From Bowmanella dokdonensis (GTDB lineage Bacteria; Pseudomonadota; Gammaproteobacteria; Enterobacterales; Alteromonadaceae), in the NCBI RefSeq assembly GCF_017254865.1, contig NZ_JAFKCV010000021.1, positions 9,052-41,051 of the forward strand: a stretch of 32,000 nt of DNA, in the 5' to 3' direction. The notes below the pieces were generated by a model. It was not told the origin of the DNA. It searched no databases and saw only the letters and a list, made by a program, of their open reading frames with translations. The position numbers and the translations under genes are program-made. Position 1 is the first letter of the stretch. Each line of letters begins with the position of its first letter. Shown here piece after piece: positions 8,318-19,884 of the stretch.

Positions 8318-9085
8318 CTAATCTTGGGGATGACGCAGGGGGCCGTGATGAGGACGATATTTGTCCACCCACATGGCAGTGGCGCCACAGATGGCCACCG
8401 GCATCACCAGGAAGTTGATAATGGGCACCATGGCAAACAGGGTCACCATGACACCAAAACTGAAGGCCCGGCTTTTGTCCTCTGCCAGGGCAGTGCGCAT
8501 CACCTTGAAAGGCACCTTGTGATTGTCAAACGGATAATCGCAATACTGAATGGCCATCATCCAGGCGGTAAACAAAAACCATATCAGTTGCCCGAATACA
8601 GGTAGCAAAAAGAAAATAATCAGAAAGCCCAGCGCCCTTGGCAGGTAGTAGACCAGCTTAATCCATTCGCGGCCCAGGGTGCGGGGAATATCCTTGATTA
8701 CCGCCAGCATGCCGCCTTCGGCCAGTGGGTGGCCGGTCAGGTGCAACTCCACCTTTTCAGCAAGCAGCCCGTTGAAGGGCGCGGCCAGCCAGTTGGCCAG
8801 ACTGCTGAAAATAAAGGAAAAGGTCACCAGGATAATGATAACCGCCAAAGGCCAGAGAAAATAAGCCAGCCATTCTTTCATCCAGTCCAGCCAGTTGGGG
8901 ATCAAATCCATCAGCCAGACAATGGCCGAATCTATCTGCTGGAGAAGAAAATAGAAGGCCACTGCGAACAGCAGCAGATTGACCGCCAAAGGAATAAACA
9001 CAAAACGCTTCAGCCCTTTGGTGCGAATCAGTTCAAATCCCTGGAAAAAATAGGCGGCGCCGCTTTTCAGTTCGGTTTGATGCAT
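8318..9085 (-). CDS. cysZ: Sulfate transporter CysZ
   Basis: Collinear similarity to E. coli CysZ, as I remember it: FVFIPLAVNLLLF, NWLAAPFNGLLAEKVE, WMMAIQYCDYPFDNHKVPF, VAICGATAMWVD. The ATG at 9085 has AAGGAG upstream. Confidence 0.9.
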   Translation of the reverse strand: MHQTELKSGAAYFFQGFELIRTKGLKRFVFIPLAVNLLLFAVAFYFLLQQIDSAIVWLMDLIPNWLDWMKEWLAYFLWPLAVIIILVTFSFIFSSLANWLAAPFNGLLAEKVELHLTGHPLAEGGMLAVIKDIPRTLGREWIKLVYYLPRALGFLIIFFLLPVFGQLIWFLFTAWMMAIQYCDYPFDNHKVPFKVMRTALAEDKSRAFSFGVMVTLFAMVPIINFLVMPVAICGATAMWVDKYRPHHGPLRHPQD

Positions 9086-9267
9086 GCTGCTCCTTGAATC
9101 CTTCTGTTTTTTGGCGGTCAGGCTAAGGGTATCTGATTGTAACCCTGGCTGTGAATTCCTCAATTGTTACACTCTATGAGTTTTGGTACAGTCGGACGGT
9201 CGGCTTTTTGCCGCAGACCCTCTCTGGCCAAAAGCAAAAATTGCTTAGATAACAATAACAAGGACCC

Positions 9268-12200
9268 ATGCGGCTTAAAAAGATTAAACTGGCAGGATTC
9301 AAGTCCTTTGTGGATCCCACCAGTATTCCTTTTCCCGACGACATGACCGCCATTGTGGGGCCCAATGGCTGTGGCAAGTCCAATGTTATTGATGCCGTGC
9401 GTTGGGTACTGGGGGAAAGTTCTGCCAGGAATCTGCGCGGTGACGCCATGACAGATGTGATCTTCAACGGATCCACGGCCCGCAAACCCGTGTCCCAGTG
9501 CAGCGTGGAACTGGTTTTCGACAATTCAAGCGGCCGCATCCAGGGCGAATATGCCAAATATAATGAGTTGTCGGTCAAACGCCTGGTGACCCGGGACGGT
9601 CAGTCCAACTATTTCCTCAATGCCAGCAAGTGCCGTCGCCGCGATGTGACCGACCTTTTCCTGGGCACAGGATTGGGGCCCCGCAGCTACGCCATTATTG
9701 AGCAGGGCATGATTTCCCGGCTTATCGAATCCAAGCCCCAGGAATTGCGGGTATTTATCGAAGAAGCCGCCGGAATTTCCAAATATAAGGAACGGCGTCG
9801 CGAAACGGAAAGCCGTATCCGTCATTGCCGGGAAAATCTCGACCGGCTCAACGATGTACGCGGGGAACTGGGCCAGCAACTGGAAAAGCTGCAGCGCCAG
9901 GCCGCAGCGGCAAAACGTTATAAGGAACTCAAGGCCAAGGAGCGCAAGCTGAAAAGCGAGCTGGCCGCCCTGCGCTGGCTGAAACACAGCAATCAACTGG
10001 CCGACCTGGAGCAGGCCATCGCCGCCAGTGAAGCCGAAATAGAGGCGTTTGTCGCCCGGCAACGGGGGGATGAACGTGGCATGATCCAGGATCAGGAACG
10101 CCAGCAAGATCTTAAACAACAGCTTACCGATATACAGAACCAGTACTTCCAACTGGGTAACCAAATTACCCGCCTGGAACAGACCCAGATCCATGCACGT
10201 CAACGCAGGCAACAGATAGAACAGGAGCTGCGCCAGCTTAACGACAGCCTCGAAGAAGCAGGCGTGGCCTGCCAGCAGGACGCGTCGCGCCTGATGGAAT
10301 TACACGAACAGCTTGAACTGGCCCGGCCGGAGATGGCATTGCTGGAAGAACAGAGCCAGCAGGCCAACTTCACCCTGCTGGCCAGTGAACAGCAATGGCA
10401 GGAGCAGCAGGATCACTGGCGCCGCCAGGAACAGGGCTTTTATCAGCTCCAGCAGCAGTGCCAGACCCGCCAGAGTCAGATTCAATCCCTGCAGACGCTG
10501 CTGGAAAGAGCCGGGCAACGACGTTGTGAGCTGGAAGAGGAACTGGCCCTTAGCCGGGACCATAATCTTGAGGAAAGCCTGACCGAAGTGGAAACGCAGC
10601 AGGCAGACTGCCGCCAGGCTCTGCAACAGGCCCGCGACGCACAGGAAAAAAGCAGGCAGCATTTACAACAAACCGAGCAACAACTGGAAGCCCGGCAAGC
10701 CAGTCATCTCGTCCAGACCCGAGAACTTCACCAGCTTGAAGCCAGACTGACTTCCCTGCAGACGCTGCAGCGGGACATGGAGGAAGGGAATGAGTCGCTT
10801 CAGGAGTGGCTGAAGACACAAGCTGAGCAGCCGCCCCTGGCATGGCAGCAGTTGAAAGCGGAACCTGGCTGGGAAACGGCCCTGGAAACCGTACTACAAC
10901 ACTGGCTGAGCGTACCGCTGATTGCCTCTTCGCAAATGCCGGAGATTCCCGCCAGTCAATGGCTGCTGGTGGACGCCATGACAACAAATAAGCCAACTGG
11001 CAGTCTGGCCGCCAAAGTGCTGAGTCACAAGGTGCCCCACTGGCTCCAACTGGTGCAGGTAGTGGAGGCGGAGGCGGATATTGGCTCCTTGCGGGCAAAG
11101 CTGCAGGCCGGCCAGAGCCTGATTACCCAATCCGGCCACTGGCATGGCCGCGACTGGTCGGTGCTGGGCATCAAACGCAACAGTAGCGGCATGCTTGACC
11201 GGGCCAGGCAGATAGAAGATCTCAGCGGCAGGTTGGCGCCGTTACGGATTGAGCTGGCAGCCCTGGACCAGGCAATCCAGACAACCAGGGAGAATTTGCA
11301 GCAGGCCCGTAGGGAAGATCAGCAGGCTGAGGCCCAGGTGCGGGACAAAGAGCGACTTTTAGATAAATTGCAGCAGCAGGTTAGCCTGCTTGAGACGCAG
11401 CGGCAAAACCAGCAGACCCAGCAGGCCAGACTGACGCAACAAATAGTCCAGCAACAGGCCCAGATCGAAGAGGACCAGTACAGGCTTGAAGAACTGGCGG
11501 CCGAACTCGAAGCGTTGCAATTGACCCTGGAAGAGGATGCACAAGAGCAACAGAGCCTAGCCAGTCAGCGGGAAAACTTACAGCAGGAACTGTCTTCCAG
11601 GCGCGCCCAGGCAGAGGAGATGAAGAATCGGGTACACAGGCTGGCCCTGGAGGTTCAGGGGCTGGAGAATCAACTGGCCAATGTTCGCCAGTCGCAGGCC
11701 CGACATACTGATGCGCAAAAGACAATGCAGGAGCGTAAGGCCTCCCTGGAGGAGGAATTGCTGGACTGGCAGACACCTTTGCAGGAGCAGAGTGAACAGT
11801 TGCAGGAATTGTTGGAACAACGTGTCGAGGTGGAGCAGCAACAGACGGAGACCGCCAATCAACTGGCTGAGGTGGAAGAGCGGCTGCAGGATGCGCAAAA
11901 AGGCCAACAGGGCATTAACGACCGGATCCAGCGTATGAAAGAGGCGCAGCAGAGCCTGCGTCTGGAATACGAAGGTTGCCGGGTCAGAGCCAATGGGGTA
12001 CTGGAACAACTGCAGGAGATGAATCAACCGCTCAAGCCGGTACTGGAAAGCCTGGACGAAGCGGCAGAGGAGCAAGCCTGGCAGGAAGAGCTGGATAGGA
12101 CGTCCGCTGCGGTGTCGCGCCTGGGTGCGGTGAATCTGGCGGCCGTGGAGGAATATGAGATCCAGGCAGGGCGAAAACAGCATCTGGATGAACAGAATGA

Positions 12201-12735
12201 CGATCTGACCGCGGCCCTTGAGACGCTGGAGTCAGCCATCCGCAAGATTGACAAGGAAACCCGCAGCCGCTTCCGGGACACCTTCGACAAGGTCAATAAT
12301 GATCTGAAGATGTTGTTTCCCAAGGTGTTTGGTGGTGGATCGGCGTACCTGGAACTGACGGACGACGATTTGCTCGAAACCGGGGTTACTATCATGGCCA
12401 GGCCGCCCGGCAAGAAAAATAGCACCATTCATCTGCTAAGCGGTGGAGAAAAAGCCCTGACCGCTTTATCATTGGTGTTCGCGATTTTCCGACTGAACCC
12501 GGCGCCTTTTTGTCTGTTGGATGAAGTGGACGCCCCCTTGGATGACGCCAACGTTGGTCGATTCTGTAAACTGGTGTCGGAAATGTCCAGGACGGTACAA
12601 TTTATTTATATCACCCATAACAAGATAGCGATGGAAATGGCCAAGCACCTGACCGGGGTGACTATGGCCGAGCCCGGTGTATCAAGAATGGTGGCCGTGG
12701 ATGTGGATGAAGCTGTCGCCCTTGCGGAATTATAA
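9268..12735 (+). CDS. smc: Chromosome segregation ATPase SMC (1155 aa)
   Basis: Walker A GPNGCGKSN, long Q/E/L-rich coiled coils with a central hinge, signature LSGGEK and Walker B CLLDEVDAPLD. Confidence 0.95.
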   Translation: MRLKKIKLAGFKSFVDPTSIPFPDDMTAIVGPNGCGKSNVIDAVRWVLGESSARNLRGDAMTDVIFNGSTARKPVSQCSVELVFDNSSGRIQGEYAKYNELSVKRLVTRDGQSNYFLNASKCRRRDVTDLFLGTGLGPRSYAIIEQGMISRLIESKPQELRVFIEEAAGISKYKERRRETESRIRHCRENLDRLNDVRGELGQQLEKLQRQAAAAKRYKELKAKERKLKSELAALRWLKHSNQLADLEQAIAASEAEIEAFVARQRGDERGMIQDQERQQDLKQQLTDIQNQYFQLGNQITRLEQTQIHARQRRQQIEQELRQLNDSLEEAGVACQQDASRLMELHEQLELARPEMALLEEQSQQANFTLLASEQQWQEQQDHWRRQEQGFYQLQQQCQTRQSQIQSLQTLLERAGQRRCELEEELALSRDHNLEESLTEVETQQADCRQALQQARDAQEKSRQHLQQTEQQLEARQASHLVQTRELHQLEARLTSLQTLQRDMEEGNESLQEWLKTQAEQPPLAWQQLKAEPGWETALETVLQHWLSVPLIASSQMPEIPASQWLLVDAMTTNKPTGSLAAKVLSHKVPHWLQLVQVVEAEADIGSLRAKLQAGQSLITQSGHWHGRDWSVLGIKRNSSGMLDRARQIEDLSGRLAPLRIELAALDQAIQTTRENLQQARREDQQAEAQVRDKERLLDKLQQQVSLLETQRQNQQTQQARLTQQIVQQQAQIEEDQYRLEELAAELEALQLTLEEDAQEQQSLASQRENLQQELSSRRAQAEEMKNRVHRLALEVQGLENQLANVRQSQARHTDAQKTMQERKASLEEELLDWQTPLQEQSEQLQELLEQRVEVEQQQTETANQLAEVEERLQDAQKGQQGINDRIQRMKEAQQSLRLEYEGCRVRANGVLEQLQEMNQPLKPVLESLDEAAEEQAWQEELDRTSAAVSRLGAVNLAAVEEYEIQAGRKQHLDEQNDDLTAALETLESAIRKIDKETRSRFRDTFDKVNNDLKMLFPKVFGGGSAYLELTDDDLLETGVTIMARPPGKKNSTIHLLSGGEKALTALSLVFAIFRLNPAPFCLLDEVDAPLDDANVGRFCKLVSEMSRTVQFIYITHNKIAMEMAKHLTGVTMAEPGVSRMVAVDVDEAVALAEL

Positions 12736-12744
12736 AAATACATA

Positions 12745-14034
12745 ATGGAAGAATTACGTCTGACTTTTCTGATTTTTGGTGCCCTGGCCATTGCCGGGAT
12801 CCTGGTCCATGGCTTGTGGACGGTGCGCAAAAAGAACCGCAGCAAGACCGGGCCCGGTCGGGCAGCCTATCTGAAATATGAACGGGATGCGGATGAGAGC
12901 CTGGATTCAGACTTTGAGCCGGACGAGGGCGGAGAGCCGCAAGTAAAAGACTTTGATGACTTGGGCTTGGGGCCGGTGCGGGTCATTAAGTCGGAGCCCA
13001 GACTCAGAGTCAGCGAGACGGAGGATTTTGAACGGCAGTCTGAGTCAACGTCGGCCGCCCCCGCTGAATCGGTGCCCCCTGTCGTCCGCACCGAAGGCAG
13101 GTCGGAAAAGATGACGGAGCCCAAGGCGGAACAGCCGGCCGGCCGGGTGTCCATGCCGGAGCCCCCCACGTTTTTATTGCGTCAGGGCGGCAGAGAACAA
13201 GCCGCCCCGGTCCATCCAGCGCAGACGCCCCCTAAACGCCCATACAATATGGCAGAGCCGAGTCGCAGCGCCCCGCCCAAAGCAGGTTTGCCCCCCGACA
13301 CCTCAAAACGTCAGGAACCCACCATTGGCAGTGAACCGGTTGCCGCCCCGGCGGATGAGACCAGGGAAACCGGGGAGGAAAAAGCCCTGCAGACCGAGCC
13401 CCAGGAAACTGTCAGGGCCGGGTTGGCCGAACAGGCCCGCAACCTGGTCAAACGCAAAAAAAGCGAGCCGCCCAAGCGCCGTGAACCTTCTTTGAACAAA
13501 GCCAGGGCCGATCAGATGCGCATCGACTTTGATGACGAGCCCAAAACGCCGCCGGTGCCGGAAAAAACCGCCGAAAAAGCCGAGACGGGCAAGTCTGTGA
13601 GCCAGGAAGTACTGGTACTGAATGTCAAAGCGCCGGATAACAAGCCCATTCCCGGCGCCACGCTGTTACCGGCTTTGCTGACCCTGGGCTTCAAGTTCGG
13701 CGAACAGGATATTTTTCATCGTCATGTGAACAGTAACGGCAAAGGACCGGTATTGTTCAGCCTGGCTAATATGTTTAAGCCCGGGGTGTTTGATATTGAC
13801 AGCATGGAGACTTTCACAACACAGGGGGTCTCATTGTTTATGATCCTGCCCATCGAAGGGGATCCCCATCAGGTTTTCAATATGATGCACAATGCCGCGC
13901 GGAAACTCGCCGATGAGTTCGGGGCGCAGGTGCTGGATGGCAGGCGCAGCGCCCTGACCAAGCAGAGCCTGCAGCAGTATGTGGAGAAGATCCGTGAGTT
14001 TGAACGCAAGCGGATGATTCGAAAAGCCAACTGA
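12745..14034 (+). CDS. zipA: Cell division protein ZipA
   Basis: The N-terminal anchor MEELRLTFLIFGALAIAGILVHGLWTVRKK resembles E. coli ZipA. A long P/E/K-rich linker follows, then a C-terminal FtsZ-binding-type domain. It sits in the conserved smc-zipA-ligA order. Confidence 0.9.
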   Translation: MEELRLTFLIFGALAIAGILVHGLWTVRKKNRSKTGPGRAAYLKYERDADESLDSDFEPDEGGEPQVKDFDDLGLGPVRVIKSEPRLRVSETEDFERQSESTSAAPAESVPPVVRTEGRSEKMTEPKAEQPAGRVSMPEPPTFLLRQGGREQAAPVHPAQTPPKRPYNMAEPSRSAPPKAGLPPDTSKRQEPTIGSEPVAAPADETRETGEEKALQTEPQETVRAGLAEQARNLVKRKKSEPPKRREPSLNKARADQMRIDFDDEPKTPPVPEKTAEKAETGKSVSQEVLVLNVKAPDNKPIPGATLLPALLTLGFKFGEQDIFHRHVNSNGKGPVLFSLANMFKPGVFDIDSMETFTTQGVSLFMILPIEGDPHQVFNMMHNAARKLADEFGAQVLDGRRSALTKQSLQQYVEKIREFERKRMIRKAN

Positions 14035-14154
14035 TCAATATTAGGTTTCTAACTTAAGGACATCCTCAAAGGGCCATGCCAGCAAATGCCTGGAGCACAG
14101 AAGAAGTGTTTGTGTCTGGCAGCCCTGTGTCCGCCGTCACTCTGTGGTGAATAA

Positions 14155-16194
<2,040 letters not shown>

Positions 16195-16206
16195 GTACAC
16201 AAAACC

Positions 16207-16530
16207 ATGCAGGAAATCTTGTTTAAGCTGACCAAGCTGCTGCAACCCTATTATATGGAAGTGGCCATGACACTGGTGGCGACGTTGCTGGTGGTGTACG
16301 GAGATGTGGTTAACAAGCATCTTAAGCGTATGCTCAGTCCCTATCATTTTATACTGCGCACCCTGGTGTTCGTGCTGATCTGTGCCTTCGGGTACGGGGC
16401 CTTTATTTTATTTGCCACTCCCTTTACCCGGCAACTGATACTGCTGGTGCCGTCCACTTATCAGGGGATCAGCATTGTAGGGACCTTCCTGCTGCTGGGC
16501 TATCTGGCCGAGCAGAGACGCTACATCTGA
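16207..16530 (+). CDS. Small inner-membrane protein (DUF3392-like, 107 aa)
   Basis: Three predicted hydrophobic helices. It starts 12 nt after ligA. The family name is recalled from memory and has not been verified. Confidence 0.6.
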   Translation: MQEILFKLTKLLQPYYMEVAMTLVATLLVVYGDVVNKHLKRMLSPYHFILRTLVFVLICAFGYGAFILFATPFTRQLILLVPSTYQGISIVGTFLLLGYLAEQRRYI

Positions 16531-17003
16531 TGGCCGGACACAGAACTATCCTGCCCCTGCATTACTATGATGAGGAAGGCAGGCTGAAAGCTTCACGCTG
16601 GATGTATGCCAGTCTGCTGTTTCTGATGCGGGGTTATCTGGTGGCAATCGCCTCTTTGACCTACCGGCAGGACACCGGCCTGCTGTTGTCGCTGTTTTAC
16701 CCGGACCGACACTACTTTTATCTGAGCCTGGCTACCGGGTTGCCGGCGATGCTGCTGCTGGTCGTCGTCTGGTGGCGTCATAAATTCCGCCAATGGGCGC
16801 CCTGGTTGTTCGCCTGCTTCCGTCCTTTACTGCAGATGAGCCTGGTGGCGGACCTGTTGTTGCATCTGTGGATGGGGCAACATCAGCACTGGCAGTTTTC
16901 CTGGTTGATCGCCCTGACCCTGCTGCTGGATCTGCTGTTACTACTTTACTGGCGGCGAAGCGGCAAACAACGGCAGATCCTCAAAGACTGGGGCAGAGAG
17001 TAA
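16530..17003 (+). CDS. Inner-membrane protein (DUF2919/YfeZ-like, 157 aa)
   Basis: Four hydrophobic segments. Its start overlaps the previous stop in a TGATG junction (16528-16532). The family name is recalled from memory. Confidence 0.6.
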   Translation: MAGHRTILPLHYYDEEGRLKASRWMYASLLFLMRGYLVAIASLTYRQDTGLLLSLFYPDRHYFYLSLATGLPAMLLLVVVWWRHKFRQWAPWLFACFRPLLQMSLVADLLLHLWMGQHQHWQFSWLIALTLLLDLLLLLYWRRSGKQRQILKDWGRE

Positions 17004-17026
17004 ATAGTGTCTTTGGCTCCGGGTCT

Positions 17027-17440
17027 TTACTGCGCGTTATTGGCCAGGGCCTGGTCGAAATAGTTTTTCACACTGATCTGGCTGTCATTGACCAGCCGCT
17101 GATAGCAGATGCCGGCAAAGGCATAAGTGTGGCCGGCGTATTCCAGCACCACGTAGGGGGCATCGGGATTGCTGGCGTCATAATGCCAATGACCGCCAAC
17201 CCTCTTGCGGAAAATCTCGCCTACATAGGCGCCATACAGATTGCAGATGGTGAATACGGCTTCGTTTTCCAAGGCCTGATTCTTGTATTTTTCCAGCCAT
17301 TTGAGGATTACCTGATCTACCAGCGCTACACTTTCGGGGCTGCTGTCCAGCTCCACCCCAAACTCGTCACGGGTGGAGATCACTGCATTATGGGCGCTGT
17401 CCGCCATCAGGCTTGCCAGCTCTTCTCGGGTCATTTGCAT
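17027..17440 (-). CDS. Uncharacterised soluble 137-aa protein
   Basis: Protein-like composition with no TM helix or signal peptide. Its ATG overlaps the LysR stop in TGATG (17438-17442). I recognise no family. Confidence 0.6.
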   Translation of the reverse strand: MQMTREELASLMADSAHNAVISTRDEFGVELDSSPESVALVDQVILKWLEKYKNQALENEAVFTICNLYGAYVGEIFRKRVGGHWHYDASNPDAPYVVLEYAGHTYAFAGICYQRLVNDSQISVKNYFDQALANNAQ

Positions 17441-18366
17441 CAGGTTTCCCCTACTTTTATCTCTAACGGCGGATAATGGTTTAATTGTCTGTGGCTCAGA
17501 ATCAGCTCCGACAGCAGCTTGCTGCCAGGTCCCATGGCGTCGGGTCTGGGATGGACCAGCCAGTTGATGTGCTTTCTGAAGCTGCTGCCCTTAATATTCA
17601 ACCTGTTTAAACGGCCCGCGTCCACCAGATGGGCCACTTCGTGTTCGGGTAGCCAGCAAAAACCCAGTCCCTGCAGCAGCAGATCGATGGCCATATGAAA
17701 CTGGCTGACCGTCCAGCGGGCTTCGGCGCGCAGCCAGCCCTGTTTTTCGTCCGGTGACTGTCCCGTATCCTTGATCACTATCTGCAGGTGCTGAAGCAGC
17801 TCGTTGGCATCCAGGGGACTGCTCATGGCAGACAGGGGATGATCAGGATGGCAAACGGCGACAAACTTGATTTCGGCAATGGGTTCACCGAGAAAGCCCC
17901 TGGGCACAGTGCCACCTATGACCAGATCGGCCCAGCCCTGGGTAATGGCCTCCTCAGTGCCGGTCAGAACGGTATCCAGGATATTCAAACGGCTGCCACG
18001 GCTCTCAGGATAAAAGGCCCTGAGAACCGGGTAGATCAGTTTGCGGGGGTAGGCGAGATCCAGAGCCAGGGTAATCTGTGGCTCCCAGTCCTGATTGATG
18101 CTGTCGGCCAGCACTTCCAGATCCTGCACATTCTGGGTCAGGTGGCGGGAGCGTCGCAGCATGACTTCGCCTGCTTCCGTCAGATACGCCTTGCGGCCAC
18201 GGACCTCCAGCAACTGCACACCCAACTGGCTCTGTAACTTGGCCACCGCATGGTTAAGAGAGGACTGACTCTTGTTCAGTTTGGCGGCGGCATGGGCATA
18301 GCCGCCACAATCCACAACGGCTTGCAGGATACGCCACTGTTCCAGTGTGGTCTTTGGCCGATACAA
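17440..18366 (-). CDS. LysR-family transcriptional regulator
   Basis: N-terminal wHTH LEQWRILQAVVDCGGYAHAAAKLNKSQSSLNHAVAKLQSQLGVQLLEVRGRK followed by a periplasmic-binding-protein-like effector domain. The start codon is TTG at 18366, with AGGGA upstream. Confidence 0.9.
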   Translation of the reverse strand: MYRPKTTLEQWRILQAVVDCGGYAHAAAKLNKSQSSLNHAVAKLQSQLGVQLLEVRGRKAYLTEAGEVMLRRSRHLTQNVQDLEVLADSINQDWEPQITLALDLAYPRKLIYPVLRAFYPESRGSRLNILDTVLTGTEEAITQGWADLVIGGTVPRGFLGEPIAEIKFVAVCHPDHPLSAMSSPLDANELLQHLQIVIKDTGQSPDEKQGWLRAEARWTVSQFHMAIDLLLQGLGFCWLPEHEVAHLVDAGRLNRLNIKGSSFRKHINWLVHPRPDAMGPGSKLLSELILSHRQLNHYPPLEIKVGET

Positions 18367-18477
18367 AGCTGTGTCCCTATATTTCTATTTTTTAGACAGG
18401 TCTGCCTATGCTAGATGGCCCGGGAGCCAATTGCAATGTAAACAGAAAGAAGGGAAAACCTGATTACCGGCCATAGA

Positions 18478-19815
18478 TTAAGGCAGGACGTCCCAGTCAA
18501 TCACAGGGGGCTGAGCGGACGGTTGTCGTTCAAACAGCTGATCCAACTCGCCCGGCGGATAAAAGAATCCACCGTTTTCCAACACAAATCCCCGTTCATC
18601 GCTTGTGCCTGAATAGTCGAACCTGTCACCGGCGCGGGCGGTGGCGTCGGCGGTCAGCACGGCCCGGGTCAGTTCATGCCAGATACCGCTGGTATCCCGG
18701 ACCCACTGGTTGTGATACCGGGCCATCCGGTGCTGGTCGCCATACTCGGTAAGAAAGTTTTCCAGAAACGAATGTAAACGGGTGGCATGGGTCTGTGTTT
18801 GGGGCCGACGAAAGGCCGCTATAAGCTGCCACTCAGTGTCATCTGAATCAGCAGGCTTGAACCAGGCCGTGTAGGCTGTGCTGTTGTCATCATCCGGCTG
18901 GACCTGCAGCAGGAAGCTGTAAGAAGTGTCTGCCTGCCAGGAGTATTTCAGATAGCTCTGTCCGCCGGCGCCTTCATTGCCGAATTCGCCAGTGTACACC
19001 CCGTCACCCTTGCGCAGTAACTGGATACGCTGGTCAGCCGGGATCTGATCCGGATCGTCCGTCTGATAGGGGCTCCAGACAGAAAACAACACCCTCCGTT
19101 CAACCCCGGAATTGACCTGGATGCCAAAGTATCCTTCCGCAAAGCCGTTGGCCATAAAGTAAGAACCCGGCACGTCCTGTCCCTGGGGCACCGTCACCTC
19201 AGAGTAGAACCACTGAATATCGGCACTGACCGGGGGTTCGTAACTGAAGTGCACAGAAGGCCCGCGCCGTCCCCAATAAGGGTTGGCAGACAGTTCCGTC
19301 AGTATTACCTCCTCCTGTTCAGGCCATAACAAAAGGGCCTCCAGCTCAGGCAGTGAACCGGCGGACTCAGGCGCTGTAAAACGCACTGTATGGTAGCCGG
19401 GCGCCTTCAACTCAAAATGTCCGATAGCAACGGGACCTTCGTCACCTTCTTGCAACGTCACTGTCTGCTGCTGTTCGTTCACAAACACCTGCAGTGTCAG
19501 TTTCGCCACTGAAAGGCGGGCCTTAAGGGCCATTGTCACGGCCGTCGGTCGGTCAGTGGCGAAATAGAGCACAGGTTGCATTGCCGGGTCCTGCCAATCC
19601 CTGATACCTCTGTCCGTGACCAGCTGCTGTGTGGCCTGGGGATTGTCCTGTATCCAGCTATTGGCGCTGAATGTGACCTCATAGCCCGGTCCTTCAGGTA
19701 GCGCCGTTGGCGGGACAGCCTGGTCGTTCTGTTGGGCCAGGGAAGGATTGTCGTTTCCCCCACATGCAGTGAGGCAAGATATAAGAAGCAGCAGTAAGAT
19801 GGGGCGAAATGCCAT
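18478..19815 (-). CDS. Lipoprotein with DUF5077-like N-domain and DUF3472-like C-domain (445 aa)
   Basis: Signal peptide plus lipobox LLLLLISCLTAC-GG, where the +2 Gly predicts outer-membrane sorting. The C-terminal block is VLFSVWSPYQTDDPD...GEFGNEGAGGQSYLKYSWQADTSYSFLLQ...AWF. The domain names are recalled from Pfam-annotated Bacteroidetes homologues and are unverified. Confidence 0.75.
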   Translation of the reverse strand: MAFRPILLLLLISCLTACGGNDNPSLAQQNDQAVPPTALPEGPGYEVTFSANSWIQDNPQATQQLVTDRGIRDWQDPAMQPVLYFATDRPTAVTMALKARLSVAKLTLQVFVNEQQQTVTLQEGDEGPVAIGHFELKAPGYHTVRFTAPESAGSLPELEALLLWPEQEEVILTELSANPYWGRRGPSVHFSYEPPVSADIQWFYSEVTVPQGQDVPGSYFMANGFAEGYFGIQVNSGVERRVLFSVWSPYQTDDPDQIPADQRIQLLRKGDGVYTGEFGNEGAGGQSYLKYSWQADTSYSFLLQVQPDDDNSTAYTAWFKPADSDDTEWQLIAAFRRPQTQTHATRLHSFLENFLTEYGDQHRMARYHNQWVRDTSGIWHELTRAVLTADATARAGDRFDYSGTSDERGFVLENGGFFYPPGELDQLFERQPSAQPPVIDWDVLP

Positions 19816-19829
19816 GGTTGATTTCCTTT

Positions 19830-19866
19830 GCAGAAGATAAGACGCCTGACGCAGAACGTGCAGGCG
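19830..19866 (-). terminator. Candidate attenuating hairpin between the receptor and lipoprotein genes
   Basis: CGCCTG (19843-19848) pairs with CAGGCG (19861-19866), extended by ACG/CGT. On the minus strand it is followed by the U-rich UCUUAUCUUCUG. The lipoprotein SD AAGGAA lies just downstream. Confidence 0.35.
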
Positions 19867-19884
19867 CCAAACTTTCGTATTTAC

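Noticed and set aside
9526-12428. A series of long antisense and out-of-frame ORFs inside smc (for example 9526-10212, 10550-11098 and 11578-12183 on the minus strand).
   Set aside because: They are shadows of a CAG/CTG/GAG-rich coiled-coil gene, which keeps the opposite frames open. Their translations are low-complexity (L/P/A/G/Q runs). They lack ribosome-binding sites. The sense frame has unmistakable SMC motifs.
12900-13600. The P/E/K/A-rich low-complexity stretch in zipA, considered as a possible repeat array or insertion.
   Set aside because: It is the normal unstructured ZipA linker. That linker varies in length between species, and I saw no exact nucleotide repeats.
16793-17476. A 227-aa plus-strand ORF spanning the DUF2919-like gene end, the convergent gap and the 137-aa gene.
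   Set aside because: It overlaps three better-supported genes in other frames or on the other strand. Its translation (PGGGPVVASVDGATSALAV...) looks like frame-shadow sequence.
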